NCBI GenBank assembly: GCA_963707915.1
Contig: OY970178.1
Coordinates: 1,280,001-1,344,000, forward strand
DNA from: Candidatus Eiseniibacteriota bacterium
Lineage (GTDB): Bacteria; Eisenbacteria; RBG-16-71-46
Direction: 5' to 3'
Length of the DNA stretch: 64,000 nucleotides
The notes beneath the pieces were generated by a model. It made no database searches and had not been told where the DNA came from. It saw nothing but the letters and a program-made list of their open reading frames with translations. Positions 19,888 to 28,943 of this stretch are shown here, one piece after another. A program made the position numbers and the translations under genes. Each line of letters starts with the position of its first letter. The stretch's first letter is position 1.

Positions 19888-20565
19888 ATGAACGAGCCCG
19901 AAGTGCGTCTGCCCCTCATCGGCGACCGCGCTCCGTCTTTCAAGGCGGAGACCACCCAGGGTCCCATCAGCTTCCCCGACGACTACAAGGGCCGGTGGGT
20001 GGTCCTCTTCTCCCACCCCGCCGACTTCACGCCCGTCTGCACCACGGAGTTCATGACCTTCGCGGCCATGGAGCCGGCGTTCAAGGCCCTGAACTGCGAT
20101 CTGGTGGGACTCTCCATCGACAGCATCTTCGCCCACATCGCCTGGCTGCGCACCATCAAGGAGAAGATCGAGTACAAGGGCATGAAGGGCGTGGAGGTGA
20201 ACTTCCCGCTCATCGCGGACATCAAGATGGAAGTGGCGAAGCTCTACGGGATGCTTCAGCCGGGGGCCAGTTCCACCCAGGCGGTGCGCGCCGTCTTCAT
20301 CGTGGACCCCAACGGCGTCATCCGCGCGCTGCTCTACTACCCGCTCACCAACGGGCGGAATATGGAGGAGATCAAGCGGCTCCTGGTTGCTCTGCAGACC
20401 AGCGACAAGCACGCGGTCGCCACCCCCGCCAACTGGCAACCCGGCGAGGACGTCATCATCCCGACCCCTGGTTCGTGCGGAGCGGCCCGGGAGCGCGTGG
20501 AGAAGTCGGGCCCGGACGTGAAGATCCACGACTGGTTCCTCAGCACGAAGCCCTGCCCGAAGTGA
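19888..20565 (+). CDS. Peroxiredoxin (Prx6/TDXH-type)
   Basis: FSHPADFTPVCTTE, YPLTNGRN and ATPANW motifs, with an AGGAGG RBS. Confidence 0.95.
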   Translation: MNEPEVRLPLIGDRAPSFKAETTQGPISFPDDYKGRWVVLFSHPADFTPVCTTEFMTFAAMEPAFKALNCDLVGLSIDSIFAHIAWLRTIKEKIEYKGMKGVEVNFPLIADIKMEVAKLYGMLQPGASSTQAVRAVFIVDPNGVIRALLYYPLTNGRNMEEIKRLLVALQTSDKHAVATPANWQPGEDVIIPTPGSCGAARERVEKSGPDVKIHDWFLSTKPCPK

Positions 20566-20668
20566 TCGGGAGCGGGGCCTCATGGGAAAGGGGGCGGCTG
20601 CGGCCGTCCCCCCAGGTTCAAGCCGTGTCCTCGCGAAATCGGTGGACCGCCGGCAAGGAGGGATCCGC

Positions 20669-21211
20669 ATGCATGATCGTCACTTCCATGGTGAACCGGC
20701 GCGTCTCCGCTCCCCCGAGAGGCTTCTCCTCCTTGAGATTGACCGCGTCGTTGCACTGAGTCTTGACGGGATCATCGCGAACACCGTGCTCGACGTGGGC
20801 ACCGGTAGCGGCCTGTTCGCGGAGGCCTTCGCGAACCTGGGGCTGGAGGTCACGGGGATCGACGACTCGCCGGAGATGGTGAGCGCGGCCCAGGGCCACG
20901 TGCCGCAAGGCCACTTCAGGCGGGCACGGGCCGAGGACCTTCCCTTCTCCGACAAGGCATTCGACCTGGTGTTCCTCGGCCTCCTCCTGCATGAGTCGAG
21001 CGGCCCGGTCAAGGCACTCACGGAGGCGCGACGGGTGGCCCGGCACCGGGTCGCTATCCTCGAGTGGCCCTACAAGGAGGAGGAACAGGGTCCGCCGCAG
21101 GCGGACCGGCTCGAGCCGGAGATGGTCGCCGGATTCGCCCGTGAGGCCGGTTTCCAGGCCTGCGAGACGACGCCGCTCAGCCGGATGATGTTCTACTCGC
21201 TGACGCCCTGA
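20669..21211 (+). CDS. Class I SAM-dependent methyltransferase
   Basis: VLDVGTGSG, GIDDS, LPFSDKAFDLV, LLHE and ILEW..GPP motifs. Confidence 0.88.
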   Translation: MHDRHFHGEPARLRSPERLLLLEIDRVVALSLDGIIANTVLDVGTGSGLFAEAFANLGLEVTGIDDSPEMVSAAQGHVPQGHFRRARAEDLPFSDKAFDLVFLGLLLHESSGPVKALTEARRVARHRVAILEWPYKEEEQGPPQADRLEPEMVAGFAREAGFQACETTPLSRMMFYSLTP

Positions 21212-21318
21212 CCATTCTTCGTGGCGAGGCCACGGATGGAAGGGGGTCGTGCGATCCAAGACGGGAGTGACCGGATCGCAGCGGGCGCACCCACCCCGCG
21301 GAGAGAGAGGCAAGGAAC

Positions 21319-21615
21319 ATGGTGAACGCGCTGCTTGTCCTGGCCGCCGGCGCGGCCGTCCTGCTCGTGCTCAGGGTCGCGGCGGGCCGCAGGGCCGACG
21401 TGCGGGGCGAGGAGGCACAGAAGCTGGTCGCTGAAGGCGCCCGGCTGCTCGACGTCCGCACCGGCAGGGAATTCGCAGCCGGGCATCTGCCGGGCGCGAC
21501 AAACTTCCCGCTGGGGGAGCTCGAGCGGCGCCTGCACTTGCTCGGACCGAAGGGCCGCCCGATCGTCGCCTACAGAGTGGCCAACTCGCCCATCCGGCGC
21601 CCCCAACTCCGGTAG
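21319..21615 (+). pseudogene. Membrane-anchored rhodanese domain truncated just before the catalytic Cys
   Basis: LLDVRT..EFAAGHLPGATNFP...RPIVAY, then unrelated sequence in place of the C-x-x-G-x-R-S loop. Confidence 0.75.
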
Positions 21616-21637
21616 ATAGGGGGGTGGCCCCCTCCCC

Positions 21638-21770
21638 GGTGCTGCCTGACCATCGTGGGGCCCCGTCCCGAAAGGCGAAATTGCCCCCTCATGGCGGGGC
21701 GACTCCACCCAAGCGTGGAGTCGCCGGTCAAGGGGCTCGCTGTCCACTGTGGTCAGCATGGGCAGCACGG
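21638..21770. other. Candidate structured non-coding element (nested inverted repeats)
   Basis: Outer arms GTGCTGCC/GGCAGCAC and TGACCA/TGGTCA enclose a perfect 11-bp hairpin, GGCGACTCCAC-6nt-GTGGAGTCGCC (21698-21725). Confidence 0.45.
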
Positions 21771-21839
21771 GCACGCGTGGACACTGGTCCGCTTCCCGGA
21801 TCTCGGTCCAGCAGGAGCCCCAGGCCGCGTTCCGACGGC

Positions 21840-22361
21840 CTACTTCCTGCCGCGGTCGCCGTGCTTGTCACTGCCCTTGTCACCCTCTCTCGTCTGCCTC
21901 GGAGGGCCGCCGTCGCCCTTCTTCATCTGCCCCGGAGGGCCGCCGCCGCTCCTCTTCATGAGTCCCGGAGGACCGTTCGGGTGATGCTTCCAGTGCTTGG
22001 GCGGCACTTGGTAGAACACCGTCGGCACGTAGCGCGGGTGGACCACCACGAACCCACGGCGCCAGCTCGGCGACCGATACCAGTAGCCGTCGCGGAACAC
22101 CCAGTAGAAGCCGCCGTAGCGGAAGCAGTCGTAGTCCCCGACGCCGGGATCATCCACCACGTAGACGCGCCGGTCGGGGATGAACTGCTCGTGTGGCCGC
22201 GCGCGAAGCACGAAGTGCGGCGCGGGGGGGGCGTTGCTGATGTCGATGCGCACGTCGATATCCGCGCGCGCGGGGACGCCGGTGAACAGAACACCGGCAA
22301 GGATCGCCGCGAACGCGCATCCGATGGCGGTCGCGAACGGCACGAAGCAACTGCGTTTCAT
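21840..22361 (-). CDS. Secreted Trp/Tyr-rich protein with a GPPG/charged tail (YXWGXW-like)
   Basis: Signal peptide, NAPP..., FRYGGFYWVFRDGYWYR and GPPGQMKK; paralog of 57954..58463. Confidence 0.8.
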   Translation of the reverse strand: MKRSCFVPFATAIGCAFAAILAGVLFTGVPARADIDVRIDISNAPPAPHFVLRARPHEQFIPDRRVYVVDDPGVGDYDCFRYGGFYWVFRDGYWYRSPSWRRGFVVVHPRYVPTVFYQVPPKHWKHHPNGPPGLMKRSGGGPPGQMKKGDGGPPRQTREGDKGSDKHGDRGRK

Positions 22362-22553
22362 TGCGATCTCCTTTCGTGAACCCGTCGCCCCGGAGCGGGG
22401 AGCGGGCGGAACCACTCGGACCTATCGCCCGAGTCGTGACTGCGGCCATTCATCGGCCGGGCGCTCCGACTCCTTTCATGCGGCGGACCGGGCCTTTCGG
22501 AGCCGACACTGCATGTCTCGCACGGCGGCCGTTGCTCCTCCCCGGGCGCTCCC

Positions 22554-23984
22554 TCATCTCGGCGGTGCCACCGAACCCGAATAGAAGGCTTCGCACGGCC
22601 TGGCAGGGAAGAGGCCTCTCGTCTGGCTGTACAACTTGAGCACTGGCCCGGCGAGGGACGTGAGGACACGCGGCTTCTCCACCGTCGGCTTCCCGAAGGA
22701 GCCGCGAATCGCCTGTCGCACCACGGCGCACCCCTTCGCATCGACCACCGCCACGGTCACGTCCGCGAACCGCCCGTTGACGAAGTCGAGCTCGCCTTGA
22801 AGCGCGATGCGGTTCCTGGCCGTCGCCAGGGCCACGTCCTTCGCCCGCGCCACGCCACGCTCGAACCGCCATTCGGAGACGAGCGTTCGGATCCGGCTGC
22901 TGTCTCCCGCGCCCCGGAAGAGGCTGGCGAAGTTGTAGCCCTTCGTGACGGCCAGGCCCAGGGGCCCCGCGAAGAAGACCGCGCCCACGTCCACGAGGTT
23001 GAAGTGCTGGCTGGACTCGAACCGAGAGAGCACGCGGTCCAGGTCGTTGCCCACGAGCGTGAGGTTCTCGCCCCGCAGGGACACCTCTCCCGCCGTGGTC
23101 CTCACCCACTGGCCCAGGGTGCTTCCCTGCATCGACAGGTTCGCAGAGAAGTCCATCGCCCCTTCGGCGGCCCGGTTCGGGGACAGGGTCTTGAGGAACT
23201 CCTCGATGCGGAATCGAGGCAGGGAGCAGTGGAGCTCACCGAGCAGAACGGGTCGTGAGAGATCCGCGTGGATGTCCCCCACCATCTGCCCGCCGAAGAT
23301 GCTCATCGTGACCGGCTGGAGCTCGAAGACCCCGTTCTTCCCGTGGACCGCGACCTTCAGAGCGGACACCGAGAGATCCCTTGCCTGGATCCTCGCGCAG
23401 CCGAGTTCCGCCTCGAGGGACAGGCCCCTCCAGGGCTGCGGGCTCCCCCTGCCCGCGAGCCGCAAGCGGCGCACCTTCAGATCGAGCCCCGTGACCTCGA
23501 TCGCCTCCCCGGATCTCCTGTCCGCAAAGCGGAGCGTCCCCCCCGAGAGCGACACGCTCCCGCCGTCCAGGGCGCCCAACAGCGCTGCCGCCTTCTTCAA
23601 TCTCTCGACATTGAGCCGGCCTCCGGGGTCCCGCTCGAGGGAGAGCCTGGGCTGCGTCAGTTCGACCCTGCTCAGCCGGAGTTCCCTGCGGATCAGGGGA
23701 AGCAGCGCGATCCCGAGGCTGATCTTCCTCGCGGAGGCGACCGCCACTGCATGCTCGTCGAGGATGCGGCCATCCTCCACCGTGAGATGGAAGCCGGGGA
23801 AGAAGCCCATTCCCAGCCGGCCGCCGATGCGGACGTCCATCCCCAGGGCGTCCGAGGCCACCGCCTCCAACCGCGGCTTGTAGCGATTGGGGTCCACCAC
23901 CAGGCGCGCGACCAGTGCGACGAGCAGCAGGAGCGCGACCGCCCCACCCATGACGAAGAGGATGCGCTTGAGCAAGCGTGACAT
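22554..23984 (-). CDS. AsmA family protein
   Basis: N-terminal TM anchor, DPNRYKPRLE..ASDALG and an AsmA-like C-terminal region. Confidence 0.85.
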   Translation of the reverse strand: MSRLLKRILFVMGGAVALLLLVALVARLVVDPNRYKPRLEAVASDALGMDVRIGGRLGMGFFPGFHLTVEDGRILDEHAVAVASARKISLGIALLPLIRRELRLSRVELTQPRLSLERDPGGRLNVERLKKAAALLGALDGGSVSLSGGTLRFADRRSGEAIEVTGLDLKVRRLRLAGRGSPQPWRGLSLEAELGCARIQARDLSVSALKVAVHGKNGVFELQPVTMSIFGGQMVGDIHADLSRPVLLGELHCSLPRFRIEEFLKTLSPNRAAEGAMDFSANLSMQGSTLGQWVRTTAGEVSLRGENLTLVGNDLDRVLSRFESSQHFNLVDVGAVFFAGPLGLAVTKGYNFASLFRGAGDSSRIRTLVSEWRFERGVARAKDVALATARNRIALQGELDFVNGRFADVTVAVVDAKGCAVVRQAIRGSFGKPTVEKPRVLTSLAGPVLKLYSQTRGLFPARPCEAFYSGSVAPPR

Positions 23985-24046
23985 TGGCTTGGCCCTGTCT
24001 TCCGGCCCCCGCTTCACGCGGAGCACGCTCCCATGTCTCGCACGGC

Positions 24047-24736
24047 CTACGGCAACGCCCTACGGAACGCCTCGGCGTCCTCCGGCACCCTGGGCGCCTT
24101 CTGCTCGAACAGCAGTTGCTGCACGGACACCGGCTGTCCGTAGTACTGGGCGTTCGACTTCTTGTCCGCCGAGAGACGCGCCCCCGCGAGGGACAGGCCG
24201 GCGAACAGCCCCTTCGATTTCGCGTAGGTGTAGATCTCGGCGTTGAGCTTGAGGTCGGTGCTCGCCTCCCCGCTACGACCGAACGGCCCCGCCGCCACGC
24301 TGGCCAGTCCCCCGAGCGTGATCCGGCTGCCGGTCATCAGCGAACGCGCCCCGCGCTCGCTGGTGAAGAACAGCACCAGGTCGCTCGACTCGCCACCGAT
24401 CTGCAGCCCCCAACTCCCGCCGTAGAGGCGCACGAAGCTCGGGGGGCTCCACGTGCCATGCTCGTTGCGGCAGGTCATCACGCCGGTTCCGAACCGGGCG
24501 CCGTACACGATCGCGCCCTTGAGCACGTGCGGGATCACGGCGATGCACCGGCAGTTCTCGAGGAGCGCCTTGGGCACGCCGCGATCGGGGGTCGAAAGCA
24601 GTTCGTTGTAGACGGCCGTGGCGTCCGTGAGCTTCTGGTCGAGCTGGGTGTCCGTGTCCGCTGCAGACACCGGGGACGTCGCGCCGAGGGCGCCGATCAC
24701 CGCCACGACCATGATCGTGATGCTGAGTCTGTTCAT
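24047..24736 (-). CDS. SYLF/Ysc84 lipid-binding domain protein
   Basis: IAVIP, WSPP, GGSWGLQIGGESSDLVL, AAGPFGR and YAKSKGLFAG motifs, plus a signal peptide. Confidence 0.9.
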   Translation of the reverse strand: MNRLSITIMVVAVIGALGATSPVSAADTDTQLDQKLTDATAVYNELLSTPDRGVPKALLENCRCIAVIPHVLKGAIVYGARFGTGVMTCRNEHGTWSPPSFVRLYGGSWGLQIGGESSDLVLFFTSERGARSLMTGSRITLGGLASVAAGPFGRSGEASTDLKLNAEIYTYAKSKGLFAGLSLAGARLSADKKSNAQYYGQPVSVQQLLFEQKAPRVPEDAEAFRRALP

Positions 24737-25131
24737 TCTCGAACCTCCGCCACGTTGCCGCTCCCGCGGCCTTCGTACAGCCAACGCTGCGCCATCTCCA
24801 TGTCCCGGAACGGTTGGATCACGCAGAACTGCTCGACCAGGATGTCCAGCATCCGCAACATCCCGTACGCGAGGTCGGTCGAAACGACCACGGCGGTGGG
24901 ACCGAGCTGGTAGAGCTCCGACCACTTCCGCAGCAGCGCCACCAGGGTGCGCACGTCCGCCGCCGAAACGGCCGATGAGGCGGAACGCGCGTCGATGAGC
25001 TCCGCACACCCGAGACCGTTCTGGACCCGTTCCTCCTCGATGTGGGCGGAGATGTCCTTCAGCGTGATCGAGCCCTCCGCGGTCGTGAACATCGCGTTAC
25101 GATCGCGCTCGAATCGATGGACGAAGCCCAT
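24733..25131 (-). CDS. Hypothetical protein, SpoIIAA/STAS-SEC14-like
   Basis: GSITL...LIDAR...TAVVV..DLAYGMLRM...FRDMEMAQRWL pattern. Its stop overlaps the SYLF start. Confidence 0.65.
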   Translation of the reverse strand: MGFVHRFERDRNAMFTTAEGSITLKDISAHIEEERVQNGLGCAELIDARSASSAVSAADVRTLVALLRKWSELYQLGPTAVVVSTDLAYGMLRMLDILVEQFCVIQPFRDMEMAQRWLYEGRGSGNVAEVRE

Positions 25132-25224
25132 GCGGAACTCCACTCTGCCGACCTGCTCCAGTCTCCGACTCATCCCTGACCCGGGCCGCCGGACGGGCGC
25201 CCGGGCCAGGCGAGCCACCGAGCG

Positions 25225-25716
25225 TCACTTCGACGTCGTTCCGTTCCCAGGTGCGCCCGCCGTCACTTCCGCGAGCGTCGCCCGGTAGATCGAATCTCGT
25301 TCGCCACCCATGGCCACGGCGTGCTCGGCGAGCGCACGGGCCTCATCGAGCCGCCGGCCCTGCCTCAGCAATGCGACTGCGAGGTTGTTCATGGCGTCAG
25401 CGTCGGTCGAGGAATCCCTGAGCGCCCGGCGGTAGCCCTTCTCCGCGCGGCCCCAGCGCCCGTTGGCGGCCTCGATGTTGCCGAGGTTGACGCGCGCACG
25501 GGCCTGGTGGGAGTCGTGCGTCAGCGCCTTGCGATACTCCTTCGCTGCCAGTTCGCGCTGGCCGCTCGATTCGTACGCCACGCCGAGGTCGTTGTGCTCG
25601 CTCGCCGTCAGCGGGTCGTGGAGCAGGACCAGATGGGCGCATCCTGCTGCAAGTACCGTGATCCCGGCCAAGGCGAGGGTGGCGACGACAGAGCGTATGA
25701 GCCGCGGCCCGTTCAT
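25225..25716 (-). CDS. TPR-containing lipoprotein
   Basis: Lipobox LAAGC; HNDLGVAYE, ARVNLGNI and AMNNLA TPR motifs. Confidence 0.85.
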   Translation of the reverse strand: MNGPRLIRSVVATLALAGITVLAAGCAHLVLLHDPLTASEHNDLGVAYESSGQRELAAKEYRKALTHDSHQARARVNLGNIEAANGRWGRAEKGYRRALRDSSTDADAMNNLAVALLRQGRRLDEARALAEHAVAMGGERDSIYRATLAEVTAGAPGNGTTSK

Positions 25717-26243
25717 GGCACCCTCCGCCGGATGATCAGCGCCTGCGAGCCCGCCGTCCGCCACCGGTTCGCCAGGTCGTCGCGGCCCACGACGCGCGGC
25801 CGGGCCCCACCATCGTTCAGAGTGATGACCTCGCGTGCGGGATCCCAGCCGGTCACCACCGCGAAATGCGCGACGGTGAGCGGGGCCCGGCCCTTCTGGT
25901 ACAGCACGATGGGCGGCACGCCGGCCGCGAGCAGGGCGATCAGCGAATCGGGGACCAGGGTCGCGATGGTCGCTTCGTACCCGGCACGGCGCGCGGCGGC
26001 CGCGAGGTCGGTGATGAGCGAGCCGCGCAGGGCGGGATCGTACGCCCGTTCGGCCTCGCGACGGACCAGGGAATCGGCCCCGTAGTAGCGCAGCACCATC
26101 TCGAGCGTGGCCTGGCCGCAGCGCCGGGGCGCCTGCGCCACGATCGGCACGTCGAGCGCCGTCCGGGCCGGCGGCTCCGGCCCGGACCGTGCGACGGACG
26201 GCGACGCCAGCAAGAGCACCACCGCCAGCATCCGCAGCGTCAT
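25713..26243 (-). CDS. C39-like cysteine peptidase (PA2778-type)
   Basis: VPIVAQAPRRCGQATL (Gln/Cys) and HFAVVTGWD...ITLND (His/Asp), plus a signal peptide. Confidence 0.85.
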   Translation of the reverse strand: MTLRMLAVVLLLASPSVARSGPEPPARTALDVPIVAQAPRRCGQATLEMVLRYYGADSLVRREAERAYDPALRGSLITDLAAAARRAGYEATIATLVPDSLIALLAAGVPPIVLYQKGRAPLTVAHFAVVTGWDPAREVITLNDGGARPRVVGRDDLANRWRTAGSQALIIRRRVP

Positions 26244-26644
26244 CTCACGATCACCCTGTGGTCCGTGAGCTTGAGGATGACGATCACCAGGATGACGATC
26301 ACCAGGACACCGATGACGGCCCCGGTCGCCCCATCCCCACCGCTCGGCAACCCGTTGGACGCACTGGCCAGGGTGTGCAGATCCCGGTCCGACATGCTTG
26401 CCAGCCGGAGTTGGGCGTCTCCGGCGGTCACGCCGTAGTCGCGCAACTTCTGCGCCACGATCTTGTTCTCGAGCGCCCGCTGCGCGACGAGCATGTCGGC
26501 GTCGCGCGCCGAGGCGATGGTGGTCGCCCCCGAGGTTCGTGACGGCGCGATGCCGGCCAGGGCCGGGCTGAAGTTGAGCGCGCCCATGCACAGGACGACG
26601 ATCAGCGCCGTAGGGAGGCGGAGCTTGCCAGGGAAGGTCTTCAT
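26240..26644 (-). CDS. PA2779 family protein
   Basis: KLRDYGV...AQLRLASMSD.DL..LA...LPSGGDG followed by a hydrophobic C-terminal helix. Confidence 0.85.
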   Translation of the reverse strand: MKTFPGKLRLPTALIVVLCMGALNFSPALAGIAPSRTSGATTIASARDADMLVAQRALENKIVAQKLRDYGVTAGDAQLRLASMSDRDLHTLASASNGLPSGGDGATGAVIGVLVIVILVIVILKLTDHRVIVR

Positions 26645-26726
26645 GTCGTGGCCTCTGGAGTTCGAGGAACGTGCGGCGCCGGCACGGAGTGCCGGCATGG
26701 TGAACGTGGATCGCGTGCTGGACACG

Positions 26727-26942
26727 TCAGCTACGGTGCAATCGTGGAACCACGAGAAGCGCGATGCCGCCGACCAGCGCGATCACCCCGACGATCGGCG
26801 CGATCGGAATCACCTTGTGCTCCGTGGCCGTGGCCTTGATCCCGCCCACCTCCAGGATCGTCGTCTGGCGGTTGTAGCCGATCCCGCCGTAGATCAGGGC
26901 GACGACCCCGAGGATCACGAGTGCAACACCGATGATCTTCAT
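26727..26942 (-). CDS. Small 2-TM membrane protein (DUF3185-like)
   Basis: MKIIGVALVILGVVALIYGG...IPIAPIVGVIALVGG, with an RBS upstream. Confidence 0.8.
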   Translation of the reverse strand: MKIIGVALVILGVVALIYGGIGYNRQTTILEVGGIKATATEHKVIPIAPIVGVIALVGGIALLVVPRLHRS

Positions 26943-26972
26943 CTCCAGTCTCCCCTGCGGACGAGGAACCGA

Positions 26973-27122
26973 CTACAGCACCCTCCGACCTTGAATCACC
27001 CGAAGCAGCACGACGATGACGGCGACGACGAGCAGAACGTGGATGAAGCCCCCCATCGTGTAGGACGTCAACAGGCCGAGCAGCCAGAGGATGATGAGCA
27101 CCACTGCGATCGTCCAAAGCAT
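26973..27122 (-). CDS. lmo0937 family small membrane protein
   Basis: MLWTIAVVLIILWLLGL...GGFIHVLLVVA, with a GGAGG RBS. Confidence 0.88.
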   Translation of the reverse strand: MLWTIAVVLIILWLLGLLTSYTMGGFIHVLLVVAVIVVLLRVIQGRRVL

Positions 27123-27211
27123 GTCTTGCCTCCCATCTTGGTCGGCCGGCCCTCGGCGGCAGCCAACAGCGAGGAGCGAAGTCGGCCGCCGCCGCGCGCC
27201 CGGCGAGCGCG

Positions 27212-28354
27212 TCACCTGCCTTGCTTGTCCTGCCCCCTGCCCCTGCCGCCCGACTTGCCGGCGTTCTTGACCTTGCCCGGGTTCACGATCTGCTTCTGAA
27301 TCCGCTGCGTCAGCACCTGCCGCTGCTGCGCCGCGTGCGCTTCAAACGCCTGCTGCTCGGCCGCGTGCTGCTTGCGGATCTCGTCGGCGCCGGGCCCCGC
27401 CGCGTGCGCGCGCAGCTCGTTCTGCTGGTCGCGCGCAAGGCGAGCCTCTTCGTCCTTGAGATTGTTCTCGAGTTGGCGCTGCTGCTGGTCGCGCAAGCGT
27501 TGAAGTTCCACGTCGGGGATGGCGTTCCGGCGCGTTGCCACCTCGGGGGGAGGCGCCTGCTCGGCAGGCATGGGTCGCACCGCGGGCCGGAAGAAGCCGA
27601 CGGCGCCGCTGCCGGCCGGCTGGCCGCCCCCGCGCGCCGGCCTGTCCACGTCGACGATCTTCACGCGCGGCACGCGCCGTCCGATAGAGCCCTCGACCTG
27701 GGCGACGTCGAGACCGATATTGGCTGGGCGGCCGTCGCGGACCTCGAACCGGGTTGCATCATGCGATCGCCCAAACAGCGTGACGTTGCGGGCGACGACG
27801 GTCACCTGCACGCGCAGATTCACGTCGAGCACGTTCCGCCGCGGCACGAAGCACCACTCGTGGGACGGGATCGCGTTCGCATTTGCGAAGGAGAGGCCGC
27901 CCGAAGCGTCCCAGCCGGCGGCCGGTGGCAGCGGCGCCCAGCCCACGAAGTCATCGCCGGTGCGCCACGCGACCCAGGCCGGCGCCCACTCGGTGCCGGG
28001 GACCCAGACCCAGCCGTACGAGTCGTCGAAGAACCAGCGTCCATAGTGGTAGGGCGCCCAGCCCCACGACTCATTCCCAGCCCAGCTCCACCCGTAGTCG
28101 GTGTACTCCCAGTGGCCGTCGCTGTAGGGCCGCCAGTCTGCGGACACGTCATAGGGCGTCCAGCACCAGCCGTACGACGGTTCCTGGAACCACTGGCCGT
28201 AGGGCGAGAGGCTCTCGTAGAAGTACGAGACGTCCACCTGGCTTCCGGGCGAGCGCACCGGGGCGCGCATCTCCGTCTGCCCGTAGTTGGCCGCGCAACC
28301 CGCCACGGCCACGAACAGCGCGAGACAGATCAACGGCGCGAGTACTCGCTTCAT
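27212..28354 (-). CDS. DUF6600-like lipoprotein with Trp-rich repeats and a coiled-coil tail
   Basis: Lipobox VAGC; LSPYGQW, WRPYSDGHW, WGWAPYHYGRW, WAPAWVAW and GWAPLPP motifs. Confidence 0.85.
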   Translation of the reverse strand: MKRVLAPLICLALFVAVAGCAANYGQTEMRAPVRSPGSQVDVSYFYESLSPYGQWFQEPSYGWCWTPYDVSADWRPYSDGHWEYTDYGWSWAGNESWGWAPYHYGRWFFDDSYGWVWVPGTEWAPAWVAWRTGDDFVGWAPLPPAAGWDASGGLSFANANAIPSHEWCFVPRRNVLDVNLRVQVTVVARNVTLFGRSHDATRFEVRDGRPANIGLDVAQVEGSIGRRVPRVKIVDVDRPARGGGQPAGSGAVGFFRPAVRPMPAEQAPPPEVATRRNAIPDVELQRLRDQQQRQLENNLKDEEARLARDQQNELRAHAAGPGADEIRKQHAAEQQAFEAHAAQQRQVLTQRIQKQIVNPGKVKNAGKSGGRGRGQDKQGR

Positions 28355-28509
28355 GGTCGTTCTCCTCCCCTTCTTGCCGCTACCGCAACGTGAGCTTCAT
28401 CCGATGGACGGAGTCGGCGAGCGCTCCGGCAGCCCGAGCCCGGGGCCGTCGCTTGCCGGATCGCCCACACGATGTTCCGCGAGACCGTCCACCAATCCTC
28501 GTCAAGCAC

Positions 28510-28931
28510 CCCGCTTCCGCGGGACCGCCAGAAGAAGGCCGATGCCGGGCACCCGGCGGATCGTCGCCACCGACGGGTCACTGCCCGGCCGCCCTCTTCG
28601 TACTCAGCCCGCGTCTTGCCACGCCCAGGGCCGTGCGCAAGCCGGCCAACTCCAGCGCCTGCCTGCCCACCAGGCGCTCCAGTTCACGAATGTGCGCTTG
28701 CGCCGCCTGCAACTCCGTCGCCGGCAGCACGACGGTGCGGGCCGCCGTCGCCCCGGCCCCCTGAGTCACGAGCCGCTTCCAGCGCTGCAACAGCCCTCTC
28801 GCGATCCCCAGCTTCCGGCTCAACTGCGCGAGCGTCAGTTCGCCGCGCAGCACGCGGCCGACCTGCTCATGCTTGAATTCGGCGGTGAAGATCCGCCGCC
28901 CATCCGACTTCCTCGCAAAGCGAGCCATCAC
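28510..28931 (-). mobile_element. IS3-family remnant: OrfA (HTH_Tnp_1) at 28578..28931 plus a few decayed OrfB codons
   Basis: RRIFTAEFK...LSRKLGI...LLQRW...IRELERLVGR is OrfA-like. Downstream, another frame reads SVATIRRVPGIG, resembling the OrfB start. No DDE domain is present. Confidence 0.7.
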
Positions 28932-28943
28932 GACTCCCGTGGC

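Noticed and set aside
21575..21690. c-di-GMP-I riboswitch or hammerhead ribozyme
   Set aside because: The resemblance is only partial. The GGCAAAC..GAAA..GACGCAAAGC core and the CUGAnGA box are both absent.
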